Shown piece by piece: positions 9,662 through 22,484 of a stretch of 64,000 nt of DNA. A program made the position numbers and the translations under genes. Each line of letters starts with the position of its first letter. Within the stretch, counting starts at the first letter, position 1. The stretch is from Rhizobium sp. (GTDB lineage Bacteria > Pseudomonadota > Alphaproteobacteria > Rhizobiales > Rhizobiaceae): positions 174,486-238,485 of the forward strand of contig JAPZUE010000009.1 in NCBI GenBank assembly GCA_027533385.1, in the 5' to 3' direction. The notes beneath the pieces were generated by a model. That model had not been told where the DNA came from, did not search any database, and was given only the letters and a program-made list of their open reading frames with translations.

Positions 9662-10730
9662 CGGTATATCCCTGTTTGCGGATCAGTTCGACGAGACCTT
9701 CCTCGCCCGGCAGATGCAGGGCACCGACGGCGATGAAGGCATTGCCCTTTTCCAGATGCTTCTTGCTGCCTTCGGCCATCACCAGATTGCGGTCACGCAC
9801 GATCCGGGTCTCGAAAGCGGCATAGGCGCTTTCATCCTCGCCGGATGTCGGGGCGACGGCCTTGAGCATCGGCATGGTCATGCCGATTTCACCAGCGAGA
9901 TAAAGCTCGGTCATCGTCTCGATGACGTCTTCCATCTTGTCGCCGAGTGCAATCGTCTCGATCAGTGCCTTGAAGTGGAAATCAACAGGCAGGTCCGACA
10001 TGGCTTCGAGCTGTTCAACGAGGGTTTCCAACCCGGCGATCGGCTTGCCGGCTTTCACCGCATCTTCCGCGATCTGCTTGTCGAGGAAGGATGCGCCGGC
10101 TGCCTTGCGCGACAGTTCGCAGGCGGGGAGTGCAACGAAGCTTGCGAGAATCCACGGCTTCATCCGGGCGACGGCACCGAGTGCCAGGCCGCGCTCCTTC
10201 AGGCCGGCTTCCAGCTTTTCCAGTTCTGCGGCATCGAGATGATCCTTCACCGACTTGCCGTCGGTGAACATGGTGAGCTCGGGATGCATCAGGAGAGAGG
10301 CGGCCGCCTTCTTCTCGTCGAGGATTTCATCTGACTCGATGACCACCACATCGGCTGCGGCTGCCGCCTCGCGGGCACCCTTCGGCATGGTCAGAACCCG
10401 GGGATCGGTGACATGCATGGTGCCGAGCAGGTAGGAGGGCTTCAGACCCTCCTTCTCGACCTTCCAGAAAATGCCCTGGCCATTGGGCACCTTGGCCGCT
10501 TCGGCGCGGATCTTCGCAAGCTCCTCCGGCTTTTCCTTCTCCATCGCGACGAGCAGGTTCTCACCGTGGCATGCCACATCGGAGGCACGCGCCGGGCTTG
10601 CCGCAAAAAGCGCCGAGAGCAAAAGGGCGACAAGCAGGAGTGGCAGCGCGCCGGCGATCCAGAGACCGATTTCAGACGGCGATAGGCGCGGCAGGTGTGG
10701 CCGCAGCGAGAAAAGGCGATGCGCGTTCAT
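9642..10730 (-). CDS. TraB/GumN (TIKI-like) family protein
   Basis: SYLLGTMH, GLETLVEQL, RDRN...M, FIAVGALHL motifs. Confidence 0.85.
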   Translation of the reverse strand: MNAHRLFSLRPHLPRLSPSEIGLWIAGALPLLLVALLLSALFAASPARASDVACHGENLLVAMEKEKPEELAKIRAEAAKVPNGQGIFWKVEKEGLKPSYLLGTMHVTDPRVLTMPKGAREAAAAADVVVIESDEILDEKKAAASLLMHPELTMFTDGKSVKDHLDAAELEKLEAGLKERGLALGAVARMKPWILASFVALPACELSRKAAGASFLDKQIAEDAVKAGKPIAGLETLVEQLEAMSDLPVDFHFKALIETIALGDKMEDVIETMTELYLAGEIGMTMPMLKAVAPTSGEDESAYAAFETRIVRDRNLVMAEGSKKHLEKGNAFIAVGALHLPGEEGLVELIRKQGYTVTRIDG

Positions 10731-10820
10731 GTCGTCTCCTGTCAGAAGTCCGGAGAATAGAAGCGATCGCCCTCACGTTCGATTAAGGATCTTGGTTAAC
10801 GCGGCCGAGATCGGCTCTCG

Positions 10821-11744
10821 TCACGCGCGGGGATGGGCGCGGTCGTAGATGTCGAGGAGCCGGGCGCTGTCGACTCCGGTATAGATCTGCGTGGTCGAGA
10901 GGCTTGCATGGCCGAGCAGTTCCTGGATCGTCCTCAGGTCCCCGCCGCTGCCGAGAAGATGGGTCGCAAAGGAATGGCGAAGCGCATGTGGGGTCGCCGT
11001 ATCCGGCAGGCCCAGCGCCGAACGAAGCTTCTGCATTTCGCGCTGGATGATCGCTGGCTGAAGCGGACCACCTCGGGCGCCCCGGAAGAGGGGCGCGCCG
11101 GGTTCGAGATGATAAGGGGAAAGGCCACAATAGGTCTCGACTGCTTCCATGACGACGGGCAATAGCGGGACGAGCCGCGTCTTGCCGCCCTTGCCGGTGA
11201 TGCGCAGGCTCTTCGGCCTGCCCTCAAAAACCTCAGGCGTCAGACCGAGCGCCTCGGAGATACGAAGACCGCAGCCGTAGAGCAGGGAGAGCACGGCTGC
11301 ATCGCGCGCCGCGATCCATGGCTCTTCATTCATCTGCGTGTCGACCGCGACCACGGCGAGCGCCTGGCGGCCGCTCAGCGGCTTGGGCAGGGATTTCGGC
11401 TGCTTTGGCGAGCGGATTGCGCTCGCACCCGCGGCATTGACCAGCCCCTTGCGCTCCAGATGGCGCAGGAACGATCGCAGGCCCGCCAGATGGCGGCCGA
11501 GCGAACGGGCGCCGGCTCCTTCCTTGCGGCGATGGGCAAGGAAGCCGCGCAGGTCTGCCGGGCGCAACGCCTTGATGTCCTCGATCTTCACGGTGCCGCC
11601 GACATGGGCGGAGAGGAATTGCAGGAATTGCCGCGTGTCGCGCTCATAGGCATCCAGCGTGTTGGCGGACAGGCGGCGCTCGGCGCTCAGGCTTTCCAGC
11701 CAGGTAGCACGTTCGCCAAGAAGTTTTTCGTCTGCCGGGATCAA
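10821..11744 (-). CDS. xerC: Tyrosine recombinase XerC
   Basis: LYGCGLRISEAL, GKGGKTRLVP, TPHALRHSFATHLL, LLGHASLSTTQIYT; lies in the housekeeping lpdA-priA context. Confidence 0.9.
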   Translation of the reverse strand: MIPADEKLLGERATWLESLSAERRLSANTLDAYERDTRQFLQFLSAHVGGTVKIEDIKALRPADLRGFLAHRRKEGAGARSLGRHLAGLRSFLRHLERKGLVNAAGASAIRSPKQPKSLPKPLSGRQALAVVAVDTQMNEEPWIAARDAAVLSLLYGCGLRISEALGLTPEVFEGRPKSLRITGKGGKTRLVPLLPVVMEAVETYCGLSPYHLEPGAPLFRGARGGPLQPAIIQREMQKLRSALGLPDTATPHALRHSFATHLLGSGGDLRTIQELLGHASLSTTQIYTGVDSARLLDIYDRAHPRA

Positions 11745-11884
11745 ATTGCGCGCCCTTTGCGTTTCTGGCTCTTGGCCACACGGCTCACGATGGCGCGGGA
11801 GGGTTAACGAATGACGAATGCCGGGGCTGTCATGAACGGATCACAAATCGCTGCCAGAACGCCTCTGGAACTCTGGCGAGGTAT

Positions 11885-12784
11885 ATGCTGATGCGCCGTT
11901 CTCCCGTCTCCACCTTTGCGACCGTCACCGACACGCTTTCGCTCCTGTCACAAGGGCGCCCGGGACATATCGTCGACACGCTGATTGCCGAGCGCGGGCA
12001 GAAGCTCGTCCAGCATCCGCTCTGGCCCGTCATGCGGCCCGTCCTTTACAGCGTACTGCGCTATGACAAGGCGATCCAGTTTGCCAATGATGTCGCCAAC
12101 CTGCCGGGCCCGCAGGTCTTCGATTATCTGAGTGCCGCCCTTAGCCTCGATATCCAGGTCCGACACGCCGACCGCATCCCGTCATCCGGCGGCTTCATCC
12201 TAGCCAGCAACCATCCGACGGGGATCGCCGACGGGGTGGCGATGTATGATCTCCTGAAAGAACGCCGTCCCGACATGACCTTCTTTGCCAATCGCGATGC
12301 CGTGAGGGTCAATCCGCGTCTCGCCGAGATCATCATTCCGGTCGAATGGCGCGAAGAGCACAAGTCGAAGCTCAAGGCGCGCGAAACGCTGAAACTCACC
12401 ACGCGGGCGGTGGAAGAGGGCCGGGCGACGGTGCTGTTTCCGTCTGGCCGTATTGCTTACTGGGATCAGGGCAGGCTCAACGAGCGGCCCTGGAAGACGT
12501 CTGCGATCTCGCTGGCGCGCAAATACAATCTGCCGATCCTGCCGGTGAACATGAAGGCGCGCAATTCCGGCCTGTTCTACTGGTTCGCCCGCTGGTCGAC
12601 CGAGCTGCGCGACATGACCGTGTTCTACGAGCTTCTCAACAAGCGCGGCGGTCGCTTCGATTTCACGGTCGGCAATCTGATCCCGGTGGAGGCACTGGAC
12701 GGCGATCCCGCCGAGGTGACCCGAGCGTTGGAGGACTATACGGTCCATCAACTGCCTGCCGATCCCGACCGCAGTTTCCGCTGA
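11885..12784 (+). CDS. PlsC-type (lyso)lipid acyltransferase
   Basis: SNHPTGIAD (HX4D) and LFPSGR motifs. Confidence 0.8.
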   Translation: MLMRRSPVSTFATVTDTLSLLSQGRPGHIVDTLIAERGQKLVQHPLWPVMRPVLYSVLRYDKAIQFANDVANLPGPQVFDYLSAALSLDIQVRHADRIPSSGGFILASNHPTGIADGVAMYDLLKERRPDMTFFANRDAVRVNPRLAEIIIPVEWREEHKSKLKARETLKLTTRAVEEGRATVLFPSGRIAYWDQGRLNERPWKTSAISLARKYNLPILPVNMKARNSGLFYWFARWSTELRDMTVFYELLNKRGGRFDFTVGNLIPVEALDGDPAEVTRALEDYTVHQLPADPDRSFR

Positions 12785-12844
12785 TCGCTCTCCTGACAGA
12801 AAGCCTGTTTTCTTTCTGTTCTTCCGGGGGCAAGTTGCAGCCCG

Positions 12845-15058
12845 ATGAAGGACGATTCGAAAAGCCTGTTCGGGGAGCTGTTCGAGACACCGCGCCGCAA
12901 GGTGGTGCCGGTGCTCGTTCCCATGCCTGCGCCAACGGCCTACAGCTATGCCGTACCCGATGGGTTGACGGTCGAGCCGGGCGCGATCGTGCAGGTGCCG
13001 CTCGGGCCGCGCCAGGTGATCGGCGTCGTCTGGGATGGCGGTGAGGACGCCAAAGTTGATCCGAAGAAGCTCCGGGAGATCACCAAGGTCTTCGATTGCC
13101 CGCCGCTCGACCAGGACATGCGCACCTTCCTCGATTGGGTCGCTGCCTATACACTTTCTCCGCCCGGCTATGTGGCCCGCATGGCGCTTCGGGCACCGGC
13201 AGCCTTCGATCCGGAGCCGATGATTGAGGGTCTGCGTTATGCCGGTTACCAGCCGGAGCGGCTGACGCCTGCGCGACAGAAGGTGCTGGAGATGGCCTCC
13301 GATGGTCTCTCCTGGACCAAGAGCGGCCTTGCCCATGCCAGCGGCGTTTCGACCAGTGTCATCGACGGTCTCGTCAAGCAGGGGGTGTTCGAACAGGTCT
13401 TCCTGCCGCCGCCGCCGCTGGTCGCGGCTCCTGACCCCGACTATGCGGACAACCGGCTCGCCGGTCCGCAGAAGGAGGCAGCTGAGGAAATCCTTGAGAG
13501 CCTGCGCAAGGGCGGTTTCGCCGTTTCGCTGATCGATGGTGTGACGGGCTCCGGCAAGACGGAGGTTTATTTCGAGGCGATTGCCGAGACGCTTAAGCAG
13601 GGCAAGCAGGTGCTGATCCTGCTGCCGGAAATCGCGCTCACCGCCAACTTCCTCGAACGCTTCCAGGATCGTTTCGGCTCCAAGCCCGGGGAATGGCATT
13701 CGGACCTTGCGACCCGCACCCGCGAAAAGGTCTGGCGTCAGGTGGCGACCGGCGAGATCCGCGTGGTGGCCGGTGCACGTTCGGCACTTTTCCTGCCCTT
13801 CGAGAATCTGGGTCTGATCATCGTCGACGAAGAGCATGACCCCGCCTTCAAGCAGGAAGACCGTGTCTTTTATAATGCGCGGGACATGGCGGTCGTCCGG
13901 GCGCGCATCGCGGGCTTCCCGGTCGTCCTGGTCTCGGCAACGCCGTCGGTCGAAAGCCAGGTCAACTGCATCGCCGGGCGCTACACGCGCATCCATCTGC
14001 CGACGCGTTTTGCCGATGCGGCCATGCCGGATCTGCATCTCATCGACATGCGGCGTTCACCACCGGAGCGGGGTGGGTTCCTCTCGCCCGTGCTGCTGCG
14101 TTCCGTCGGCAAGGCGGTGGAGCGCGGCGAACAGGCGCTGCTCTTTCTCAATCGGCGCGGTTATGCGCCGCTCACCCTCTGCCGGGTCTGTGGCCACCGC
14201 TTCCAGTGCCCGCAATGTTCCAGCTGGCTTGTCGAGCATCGATTCCGCGGCCAGATCCAGTGCCATCAATGCGGCTATCACGAGCCGACGCCGAATGCCT
14301 GCCCGGAATGTGGCACCCTCGATCATCTGGTTGCCTGCGGCCCGGGTGTCGAGCGCATCGCCGAGGAGGTGGAGAAGCATTTTCCCGATGCCCGCACGCT
14401 GTTGCTCTCTTCCGATATCGGCGGGGTGAAGCGGCTCCGGCTCGAACTGGAAGCGATTGCCAATGGCGAGGCCGATATCGTCATTGGCACGCAGCTCGTG
14501 GCCAAGGGGCATAACTTCCCGCTGATGACGCTGGTCGGCATCATCGATGCGGATATCGGTCTTTCCAATGGCGATCCCCGTGCTGCCGAGCGCACCTTTC
14601 AGCTGCTGTCCCAGGTTACCGGTCGTGCGGGCCGCACCGGGCGCAAGAGTCTTGGCCTCCTGCAGACCTTCCAGCCGCAGCACCCGGTGATGCAGGCCAT
14701 CGTCTCGGGCGACGCCTCGGCCTTCTACGAAAGGGAGATTACCGAGCGTGAGCGGGCGCAGCTGCCGCCGTTCGGGCGTCTCGTTTCGATCATCATCTCC
14801 GCCGACACCCGTGCCGAAGCCGAGGGGCATGCGCGCGGGCTGCGCCAGGCAGCACCGCATGAAAGCGGGATTGCCATTCTGGGTCCCGCCGAAGCGCCGC
14901 TTGCCCTGATCCGCGGACGCCATCGCTTCCGGCTCTTGGTGCATGGGCGCCGCAACAGCGACATGCAGGCCTTCGTGCGCAGCATGCTGGAACGGGGGCC
15001 GAAGGAGCGCCGATCGATCCAGGTGCAGGTGGATGTCGATCCGCAGAGCTTCCTTTGA
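12845..15058 (+). CDS. priA: Primosomal protein N'
   Basis: GVTGSGKTEVY, DEEH, two CxxC zinc clusters, IGTQLVAKGH. Confidence 0.97.
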   Translation: MKDDSKSLFGELFETPRRKVVPVLVPMPAPTAYSYAVPDGLTVEPGAIVQVPLGPRQVIGVVWDGGEDAKVDPKKLREITKVFDCPPLDQDMRTFLDWVAAYTLSPPGYVARMALRAPAAFDPEPMIEGLRYAGYQPERLTPARQKVLEMASDGLSWTKSGLAHASGVSTSVIDGLVKQGVFEQVFLPPPPLVAAPDPDYADNRLAGPQKEAAEEILESLRKGGFAVSLIDGVTGSGKTEVYFEAIAETLKQGKQVLILLPEIALTANFLERFQDRFGSKPGEWHSDLATRTREKVWRQVATGEIRVVAGARSALFLPFENLGLIIVDEEHDPAFKQEDRVFYNARDMAVVRARIAGFPVVLVSATPSVESQVNCIAGRYTRIHLPTRFADAAMPDLHLIDMRRSPPERGGFLSPVLLRSVGKAVERGEQALLFLNRRGYAPLTLCRVCGHRFQCPQCSSWLVEHRFRGQIQCHQCGYHEPTPNACPECGTLDHLVACGPGVERIAEEVEKHFPDARTLLLSSDIGGVKRLRLELEAIANGEADIVIGTQLVAKGHNFPLMTLVGIIDADIGLSNGDPRAAERTFQLLSQVTGRAGRTGRKSLGLLQTFQPQHPVMQAIVSGDASAFYEREITERERAQLPPFGRLVSIIISADTRAEAEGHARGLRQAAPHESGIAILGPAEAPLALIRGRHRFRLLVHGRRNSDMQAFVRSMLERGPKERRSIQVQVDVDPQSFL

Positions 15059-15171
15059 GCCAAGCGCCAAAGATTACGTCGCATCACTAGCGAATTAAGG
15101 CGTCGGGGCCATACCGCAGCCGCGCGTTTCGTGCCATAAGCCGCGCGGTTTGTTTCAACGCGGGTTGATCC

Positions 15172-15555
15172 ATGGAATTCTACTTTCCCACCGAGCTTGG
15201 CGAGCAGCTCGCCTTTCTCTCTGCCGCCGCCACGGCCATCATCGGATGCTTCATTCTGTTTGCCCCCGGGCTGACGCTGAAGGCGCTCGGCCTGAGTGCT
15301 GCCGAAGGGCGGCCCGAGGGGCTTGGTGCCGCGCGCTCGATCGGCGGGCTGATGGTCGGGTTTTCGGGTACGGCGTTGCTGCTGGCCCAACCCACCGTCT
15401 ATCTCGCTTTTGGAGCCGCCGTCGCCCTCTCGGCATTCGCGCGGATCCTCTCGATCATGTCCGACCACGGAGGCACCTGGCGCAACCTTCTCCTCCTGGT
15501 TGTGCAGGTGGTGATCGCTTCTCTCTCGCTTGCCTATGTCTTTGGTCTGACTTGA
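15172..15555 (+). CDS. Small membrane protein (DUF4345-like)
   Basis: 127 aa with four hydrophobic segments, upstream of the atp operon. Confidence 0.6.
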   Translation: MEFYFPTELGEQLAFLSAAATAIIGCFILFAPGLTLKALGLSAAEGRPEGLGAARSIGGLMVGFSGTALLLAQPTVYLAFGAAVALSAFARILSIMSDHGGTWRNLLLLVVQVVIASLSLAYVFGLT

Positions 15556-15819
15556 AGATCGGTTTTCATGGGCCTCGAGGCTTTGATCTCGGCAATTTGA
15601 CGCAGTTTCGGACAAAAAACGGCTCAAGGCCTTGCTCTCAAGGAGCAAACCGTTAATACGCGTGTTGCGAGTCTAGACCTGCTATGCTAGACGAACCGCG
15701 AAATTCGGAAAACGCAAGTGCAGCATGCTTGTGTTTTTGGGGAAAAACAAAACGATATCAGGAGCTTGAGAGGCCTCGCCCGAGGTGTCCGGCGCCCTGG
15801 ATCCAGATCAGGGAATTTT

Positions 15820-16386
15820 TTGCCCGTGGCAGACGCATCCCAAGTGATTTCAGGCGTGGCGGAGCGTTACGCATCGTCGCTCTTCGAGCTTGCGCTCGAA
15901 GCCGGCGCGACCGACGCCGTCGCCGCCGATCTCAACCGTTTCCAGGCGATGATCGACGAGAGCGACGATCTGAAGCGTCTGGTTCAGTCGCCCGTCTTCA
16001 CGGCCGAAGACCAGGTCAAGGCCATCAGCGCAATCGGCGAAAAGGCCGGTTTCCATGCGCTGGTGTTGAACTTCCTGAAGGTCGTCGCAAGCAATCGCCG
16101 CCTGTTTGCCGTTCCCGGCATGGTGGCTGCCTATCGCCAGATCCTCGCCCGCCACAAGGGTGAGATGACGGCTGACGTCACCTCTGCTCATGCCCTCACG
16201 GCAGAGCAGGAAACCGAACTGAAAGCGGCGCTGAAGGGCGTCACCGGCAAGGAAGTCTCGATCTCCGTCACGGTCGATCCCTCCCTGCTCGGCGGCCTGA
16301 TCGTGAAGGTTGGCTCCCGCCAGATCGACACGTCTCTTCGCACCAAACTTTCCACCCTTAAGCTTGCACTGAAAGAGGTTGGCTGA
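15820..16386 (+). CDS. atpH: F1 ATP synthase delta subunit
   Basis: [29 protein letters not shown]. The start is probably TTG 15820 or GTG 15826. Confidence 0.95.
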   Translation: MPVADASQVISGVAERYASSLFELALEAGATDAVAADLNRFQAMIDESDDLKRLVQSPVFTAEDQVKAISAIGEKAGFHALVLNFLKVVASNRRLFAVPGMVAAYRQILARHKGEMTADVTSAHALTAEQETELKAALKGVTGKEVSISVTVDPSLLGGLIVKVGSRQIDTSLRTKLSTLKLALKEVG

Positions 16387-17915
16387 TGGATATCCGCGCC
16401 GCGGAAATTTCCGCAATTCTGAAAGATCAAATCAAGAACTTCGGCAAAGAGGCGGAAGTCTCCGAAGTCGGCCAGGTTCTGTCCGTCGGTGACGGTATCG
16501 CCCGCGTCTACGGCCTCGACAATGTTCAGGCCGGCGAAATGGTCGAGTTCCCGGGCGGCATCCGCGGTATGGCGCTCAACCTCGAAGCCGACAACGTCGG
16601 TGTGGTTATCTTCGGTGCCGACCGTGACATCAAGGAAGGCGACATCGTCAAGCGGACTGGCGCCATCGTCGACGTTCCGGTTGGTCCGGAGCTGCTCGGC
16701 CGCGTTGTTGACGCGCTTGGCAATCCGATCGACGGCAAGGGCCCGATCAATGCGACCCGCCGTTCGCGCGTCGACGTGAAGGCTCCGGGCATCATCCCGC
16801 GCAAGTCGGTTCATGAGCCGATGTCGACCGGCCTCAAGGCCATCGACGCCCTCATCCCGGTTGGCCGTGGTCAGCGCGAGCTGGTGATCGGTGACCGCCA
16901 GACCGGCAAGACCGCCATCATCCTGGACGCTTTCCTCAACCAGAAGGCCATCCACGACAACGGCCCAGAGAACGACAAGCTGTACTGCGTCTACGTCGCC
17001 GTCGGCCAGAAGCGTTCGACCGTCGCCCAGTTCGTGAAGGTCCTCGAAGAGCGTGGCGCTCTCCAGTACTCGATCATCATCGCCGCCACCGCATCCGACC
17101 CGGCTCCGATGCAGTATCTCGCACCGTTCGCCGGCTGCGCGATGGGCGAATACTTCCGCGACAACGGCCAGCACGCCCTGATCGCTTATGACGACCTGTC
17201 CAAGCAGGCTGTTGCTTACCGTCAGATGTCGCTTCTGCTGCGCCGTCCGCCGGGCCGCGAAGCTTATCCGGGCGACGTCTTCTACCTGCATTCGCGTCTG
17301 CTCGAGCGCGCCGCCAAGATGGGCGACGCTGCCGGCGCTGGCTCGCTGACCGCTCTGCCGGTCATCGAAACCCAGGGTAACGACGTTTCGGCCTTCATTC
17401 CGACCAACGTGATCTCGATCACCGACGGTCAGATCTTCCTTGAAACCGACCTGTTCTATCAGGGCATTCGTCCGGCCGTTAACGTCGGTCTGTCGGTTTC
17501 GCGCGTTGGTTCTGCCGCGCAGATCAAGGCGATGAAGCAGGTTGCCGGCTCGATCAAGGGTGAACTTGCCCAGTATCGCGAAATGGCCGCCTTCGCCCAG
17601 TTCGGTTCGGACCTCGACGCTGCAACGCAGCGCCTGCTGAACCGTGGTGCACGCCTGACCGAACTCCTGAAGCAGCCGCAGTTCTCGCCGCTGAAGACGG
17701 AAGAACAGGTTGCGGTGATCTTCGCTGGCGTCAACGGCTACCTGGACAAGATCCCGGTCAACCAGGTCGGCAAGTTCGAACAGGGCTTCCTTTCCTACCT
17801 CCGCTCGGAAGGCAAGGCGATCCTCGACACCATCCGCACGGAGAAGGCGATCAGCGACGATACCAAGGGCAAGCTCAAGGCCGCCCTCGATAGCTTCGCG
17901 AAGAACTTCGCCTAA
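16386..17915 (+). CDS. atpA: F1 ATP synthase alpha subunit
   Basis: GDRQTGKT P-loop and [21 protein letters not shown]. Confidence 0.99.
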   Translation: MDIRAAEISAILKDQIKNFGKEAEVSEVGQVLSVGDGIARVYGLDNVQAGEMVEFPGGIRGMALNLEADNVGVVIFGADRDIKEGDIVKRTGAIVDVPVGPELLGRVVDALGNPIDGKGPINATRRSRVDVKAPGIIPRKSVHEPMSTGLKAIDALIPVGRGQRELVIGDRQTGKTAIILDAFLNQKAIHDNGPENDKLYCVYVAVGQKRSTVAQFVKVLEERGALQYSIIIAATASDPAPMQYLAPFAGCAMGEYFRDNGQHALIAYDDLSKQAVAYRQMSLLLRRPPGREAYPGDVFYLHSRLLERAAKMGDAAGAGSLTALPVIETQGNDVSAFIPTNVISITDGQIFLETDLFYQGIRPAVNVGLSVSRVGSAAQIKAMKQVAGSIKGELAQYREMAAFAQFGSDLDAATQRLLNRGARLTELLKQPQFSPLKTEEQVAVIFAGVNGYLDKIPVNQVGKFEQGFLSYLRSEGKAILDTIRTEKAISDDTKGKLKAALDSFAKNFA

Positions 17916-17944
17916 TTCAGGCTCAAGCCAAGGACGGATAACGG

Positions 17945-18823
17945 ATGCCTTCACTTAAGGATCTGAAAAACCGGATCGCCTCCGTCAAGGCGACGCAGAA
18001 GATCACCAAGGCGATGAAGATGGTCGCCGCGGCGAAGCTGCGTCGTGCGCAGGAAGCGGCCGAGGCTGCCCGACCGTACTCGCAGCGCATGGGCGCCGTC
18101 CTGGCCAACATCGCGCAAGCCGTGGGTTCGGACGACAGCGCGCCGCGCCTGATGACCGGCACCGGCAAGGACGACGTGCATCTGCTCGTCGTCTGCACCG
18201 CCGAGCGCGGTCTGTGCGGCGGCTTCAACTCGTCGATCTCGCGTTTCGCCCGTGACCATGCGCGCAAGCTCGTGGCTCAGGGCAAGACGGTGAAGATCTT
18301 CTGCGTCGGCAAGAAGGGCTACGACAGCCTGCGGCGCGAATTCGCCGGCATGATCGTCGAGCGTATGGACCTGCGTGACGTGAAGCGTATCGGCTTCACC
18401 AATGCAGACGCCATCGGTCGCAAGGTCATCGGCATGTTCGAGCGTGGCGAATTCGATGTCTGCACGCTGTTCTATTCCGAGTTCAAGTCGGTGATCAGCC
18501 AGGTGCCGACCGCCCAGCAGATCATCCCGGCCGCTCCGGCCGAGGCTGCTCCGCAGGGTGGTGCGTCGGCTCTCTATGAATATGAGCCGGATGCGGCTGC
18601 GATCCTCGAGGATCTCATCCCCCGCAACATCTCGGTTCAGATTTTCCGGGCCCTGCTCGAAAACGTCGCTGGTGAAATGGGCGCCAAGATGAGCGCCATG
18701 GACAATGCGACACGCAATGCCGGTGAGATGATCAACAAGCTGACGCTTTCGTACAACCGTCAGCGTCAGGCGCAGATCACCAAGGAACTCATTGAAATCA
18801 TTTCGGGCGCGGAAGCGCTCTGA
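17945..18823 (+). CDS. atpG: F1 ATP synthase gamma subunit
   Basis: [33 protein letters not shown]. Confidence 0.99.
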   Translation: MPSLKDLKNRIASVKATQKITKAMKMVAAAKLRRAQEAAEAARPYSQRMGAVLANIAQAVGSDDSAPRLMTGTGKDDVHLLVVCTAERGLCGGFNSSISRFARDHARKLVAQGKTVKIFCVGKKGYDSLRREFAGMIVERMDLRDVKRIGFTNADAIGRKVIGMFERGEFDVCTLFYSEFKSVISQVPTAQQIIPAAPAEAAPQGGASALYEYEPDAAAILEDLIPRNISVQIFRALLENVAGEMGAKMSAMDNATRNAGEMINKLTLSYNRQRQAQITKELIEIISGAEAL

Positions 18824-18847
18824 GGTTAAGGAAAGAGGGTAAGATAA

Positions 18848-20311
<1,464 letters not shown>

Positions 20312-20380
20312 GTATCGGGACTGCCGGCACGCGGGAAGCCTCGCGTGCCGCTCCATCCTTCATCAGAGAAGTGAACGACC

Positions 20381-20788
20381 ATGGCCGACAATTTCAACTT
20401 TGAGCTCGTTTCGCCCGAGCGTCTTCTGCTCTCCGAACAGGTCAGCGAAGTCGTCATTCCGGCAACGGAAGGCGAAATGACCGTCATGGCCAATCATGCG
20501 CCGACCATGACGACCATCAAGCCGGGCGTGGTGACCGTGAAGCTCGCTTCCGGTCAGGTGTCCAAGTATGTGGTCTTCGGTGGTTTCGCTGACGTCCTGC
20601 CGACCGGCTGCACGTTGCTCGCCGAATCCGCCGTTCCGCTGGCCGAGATCGCTCCGGACACGCTGTCGAAGCGCATCGACGAAGCCCGCAAGGAGCTGGA
20701 AGGTGTCGAGCATCACGAGCACCGCACCAAGCTTGAGCAGTATCTCGCCGAGCTCACCAACCTGAACGGCGTTCTCGTCGCCGCCTGA
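20381..20788 (+). CDS. atpC: F1 ATP synthase epsilon subunit
   Basis: FELVSPER, GEMTVMANHAP; last gene of the operon. Confidence 0.97.
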   Translation: MADNFNFELVSPERLLLSEQVSEVVIPATEGEMTVMANHAPTMTTIKPGVVTVKLASGQVSKYVVFGGFADVLPTGCTLLAESAVPLAEIAPDTLSKRIDEARKELEGVEHHEHRTKLEQYLAELTNLNGVLVAA

Positions 20789-20814
20789 TCGGCTGCTGAC
20801 GACCGACAAGTATT

Positions 20815-20844
20815 GAAGCCGGGCCCTCGGGTCCGGCTTTTTTC
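20815..20844. terminator. Intrinsic terminator between atpC and the convergent GMC gene
   Basis: GAAGCCGGGCCC-TCG-GGTCCGGCTTTTTT hairpin with a T-tract. Confidence 0.8.
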
Positions 20845-20855
20845 ATGCCATGATG

Positions 20856-22475
20856 TCAGGAGGAGGCAGCGTCTTCCAGGATCATTGCCGCACCCTTTTC
20901 GGCGACCATCATCGTCGGCGCGTTGATGTTGCCTGCCGTGATGTTCGGGAAGACAGAGGCATCGACGATCCGCAGCCCCGGCACGCCATGCACACGGAGC
21001 CGGGCATCCACCACAGTTTCGCGGGGATCGCTGCCCATCGCGCAGGTGCCGCAGAGGTGATAGATGGAGCCGCTGTTAAGGCGGAAGTAGTCTAGCAGCT
21101 TGTCGTCGCTGTCGACGGTCTTGGACGGTGATACTTCCTCCTCCACCCAATCCGACAGTGCCCGGGCATCCGCAATCCGCCGCATCAACCGGCTGCCCTG
21201 CACGACCTCCGCGATGTCCCGCTCCGTCGACAGGTAGTTCGGGCGGATCAGTGGAGCGTCTGCGGCATTGGGTGACGCGATGGTCACCGTCCCCTTGCTC
21301 GTCGGGCGGCAGGCATTGAAGGCGATCAGAAAGCCGGGATAGGGCTCGGGCGTCAGCCCGGCCCGCGGATTGTCCGGAATGCGGTAGGAGAGCGGGTTGA
21401 AGTAAAGTTGGATGTTCGGCCTGATCTCCTCCGGCGAGCCACGGAAGAAGCCGCCGGCCTGGTTGACGCTCATCGCGAAAGGACCGCTGCGCTTCAACAG
21501 CCACACCAGGCCAAAGCGGGCCTGGCCAATGACACTGGCAAAATCGCCGTTCAGCGTCGGTTTCTTCGAGCGGTAGTAGAAGCTGGCGCAGAGATGGTCC
21601 TGAAGGTTCCTGCCGACGGCGTGCAGATGTTTGCGCGTTTCGATGCCCTGGGCAAACAGGTTTGCTCCATCGCCGAAGCCTGAAAGCTGCATCAGCTTGG
21701 GCGTGTCGACGGCCCCGGCTGCCAGGATCACCTCGCGGCGGGCGTTGAAGTTCTTCACCCGGCCATGCTGCATGACCTCGATGCCAGACACCCTGCCGTC
21801 CGTTTCGACCAGCAGACGCCTTGCATGGGCCTCGCGCTCGATCGTCAGGTTCGCTCGCTTGAGCGCCGGTCGCAGATACTCCGCGCTTGAGTGGGAGCGC
21901 TGGCCGCGCCTTGTGTTGACGTCGTAGACGCCGGCGCCTTCGATCGTCGCGCCGTTGAAATCTTCGTTTAGCGGGATACCGAGCTCGTCACAGGCATCTA
22001 GGAAGGCGTCACTGACCGGATGCGTGGCACCACGCATCGGGGTCACATGGATCGGGCCATTCGCGCCATGCCAGGGGCTCTCGCCACGGGCATGGGTTTC
22101 CAGCTTGCGGAAGTAGGGCAGCACGTCGTCGAAGCCCCAACCGGGATTGCCCGCGTCGCGCCAGTCGTCGAAATCCTGACGCGCGCCGCGCACGAAGACC
22201 ATGGCATTGATCGAGCCGGAGCCGCCCTGCACCTTGCCGCGCGGGGCGTAGATCCGCCGCCCGCCGAGATTGGGCTCGGGCTCGGTGCGGTACATCCAGT
22301 TGACCTTGGGATTGTAGTAGCTCTTGGCGTAGCCGACGGGGATCTTGAACCAGAAGGATTTGTCCTCGCCGCCGGCCTCGATGAGCAACACGGAATAACG
22401 CCCGCTTTCGCTCAGGCGGCTCGCCACGATGCAGCCTGCCGAGCCTGCACCGACCACGATGAAATCGAAGATCAT
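20856..22475 (-). CDS. GMC-family FAD oxidoreductase (choline/alcohol dehydrogenase-like)
   Basis: [24 protein letters not shown], active-site YHLCGTC and GNINAP. Confidence 0.92.
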   Translation of the reverse strand: MIFDFIVVGAGSAGCIVASRLSESGRYSVLLIEAGGEDKSFWFKIPVGYAKSYYNPKVNWMYRTEPEPNLGGRRIYAPRGKVQGGSGSINAMVFVRGARQDFDDWRDAGNPGWGFDDVLPYFRKLETHARGESPWHGANGPIHVTPMRGATHPVSDAFLDACDELGIPLNEDFNGATIEGAGVYDVNTRRGQRSHSSAEYLRPALKRANLTIEREAHARRLLVETDGRVSGIEVMQHGRVKNFNARREVILAAGAVDTPKLMQLSGFGDGANLFAQGIETRKHLHAVGRNLQDHLCASFYYRSKKPTLNGDFASVIGQARFGLVWLLKRSGPFAMSVNQAGGFFRGSPEEIRPNIQLYFNPLSYRIPDNPRAGLTPEPYPGFLIAFNACRPTSKGTVTIASPNAADAPLIRPNYLSTERDIAEVVQGSRLMRRIADARALSDWVEEEVSPSKTVDSDDKLLDYFRLNSGSIYHLCGTCAMGSDPRETVVDARLRVHGVPGLRIVDASVFPNITAGNINAPTMMVAEKGAAMILEDAASS

Positions 22476-22484
22476 GGTGCTACC

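Noticed and set aside
10783-10800. TTAA...TTAAC resembling a CtrA box
   Set aside because: The spacer is 9 nt rather than the required 7.
10821-11744. Tyrosine recombinase as a sign of a prophage or integrative element
   Set aside because: Length, motifs and housekeeping context fit chromosomal XerC; no att sites or phage genes lie nearby.
20324-20349. Hairpin between atpD and atpC
   Set aside because: An ordinary intercistronic stem-loop without further unusual features.
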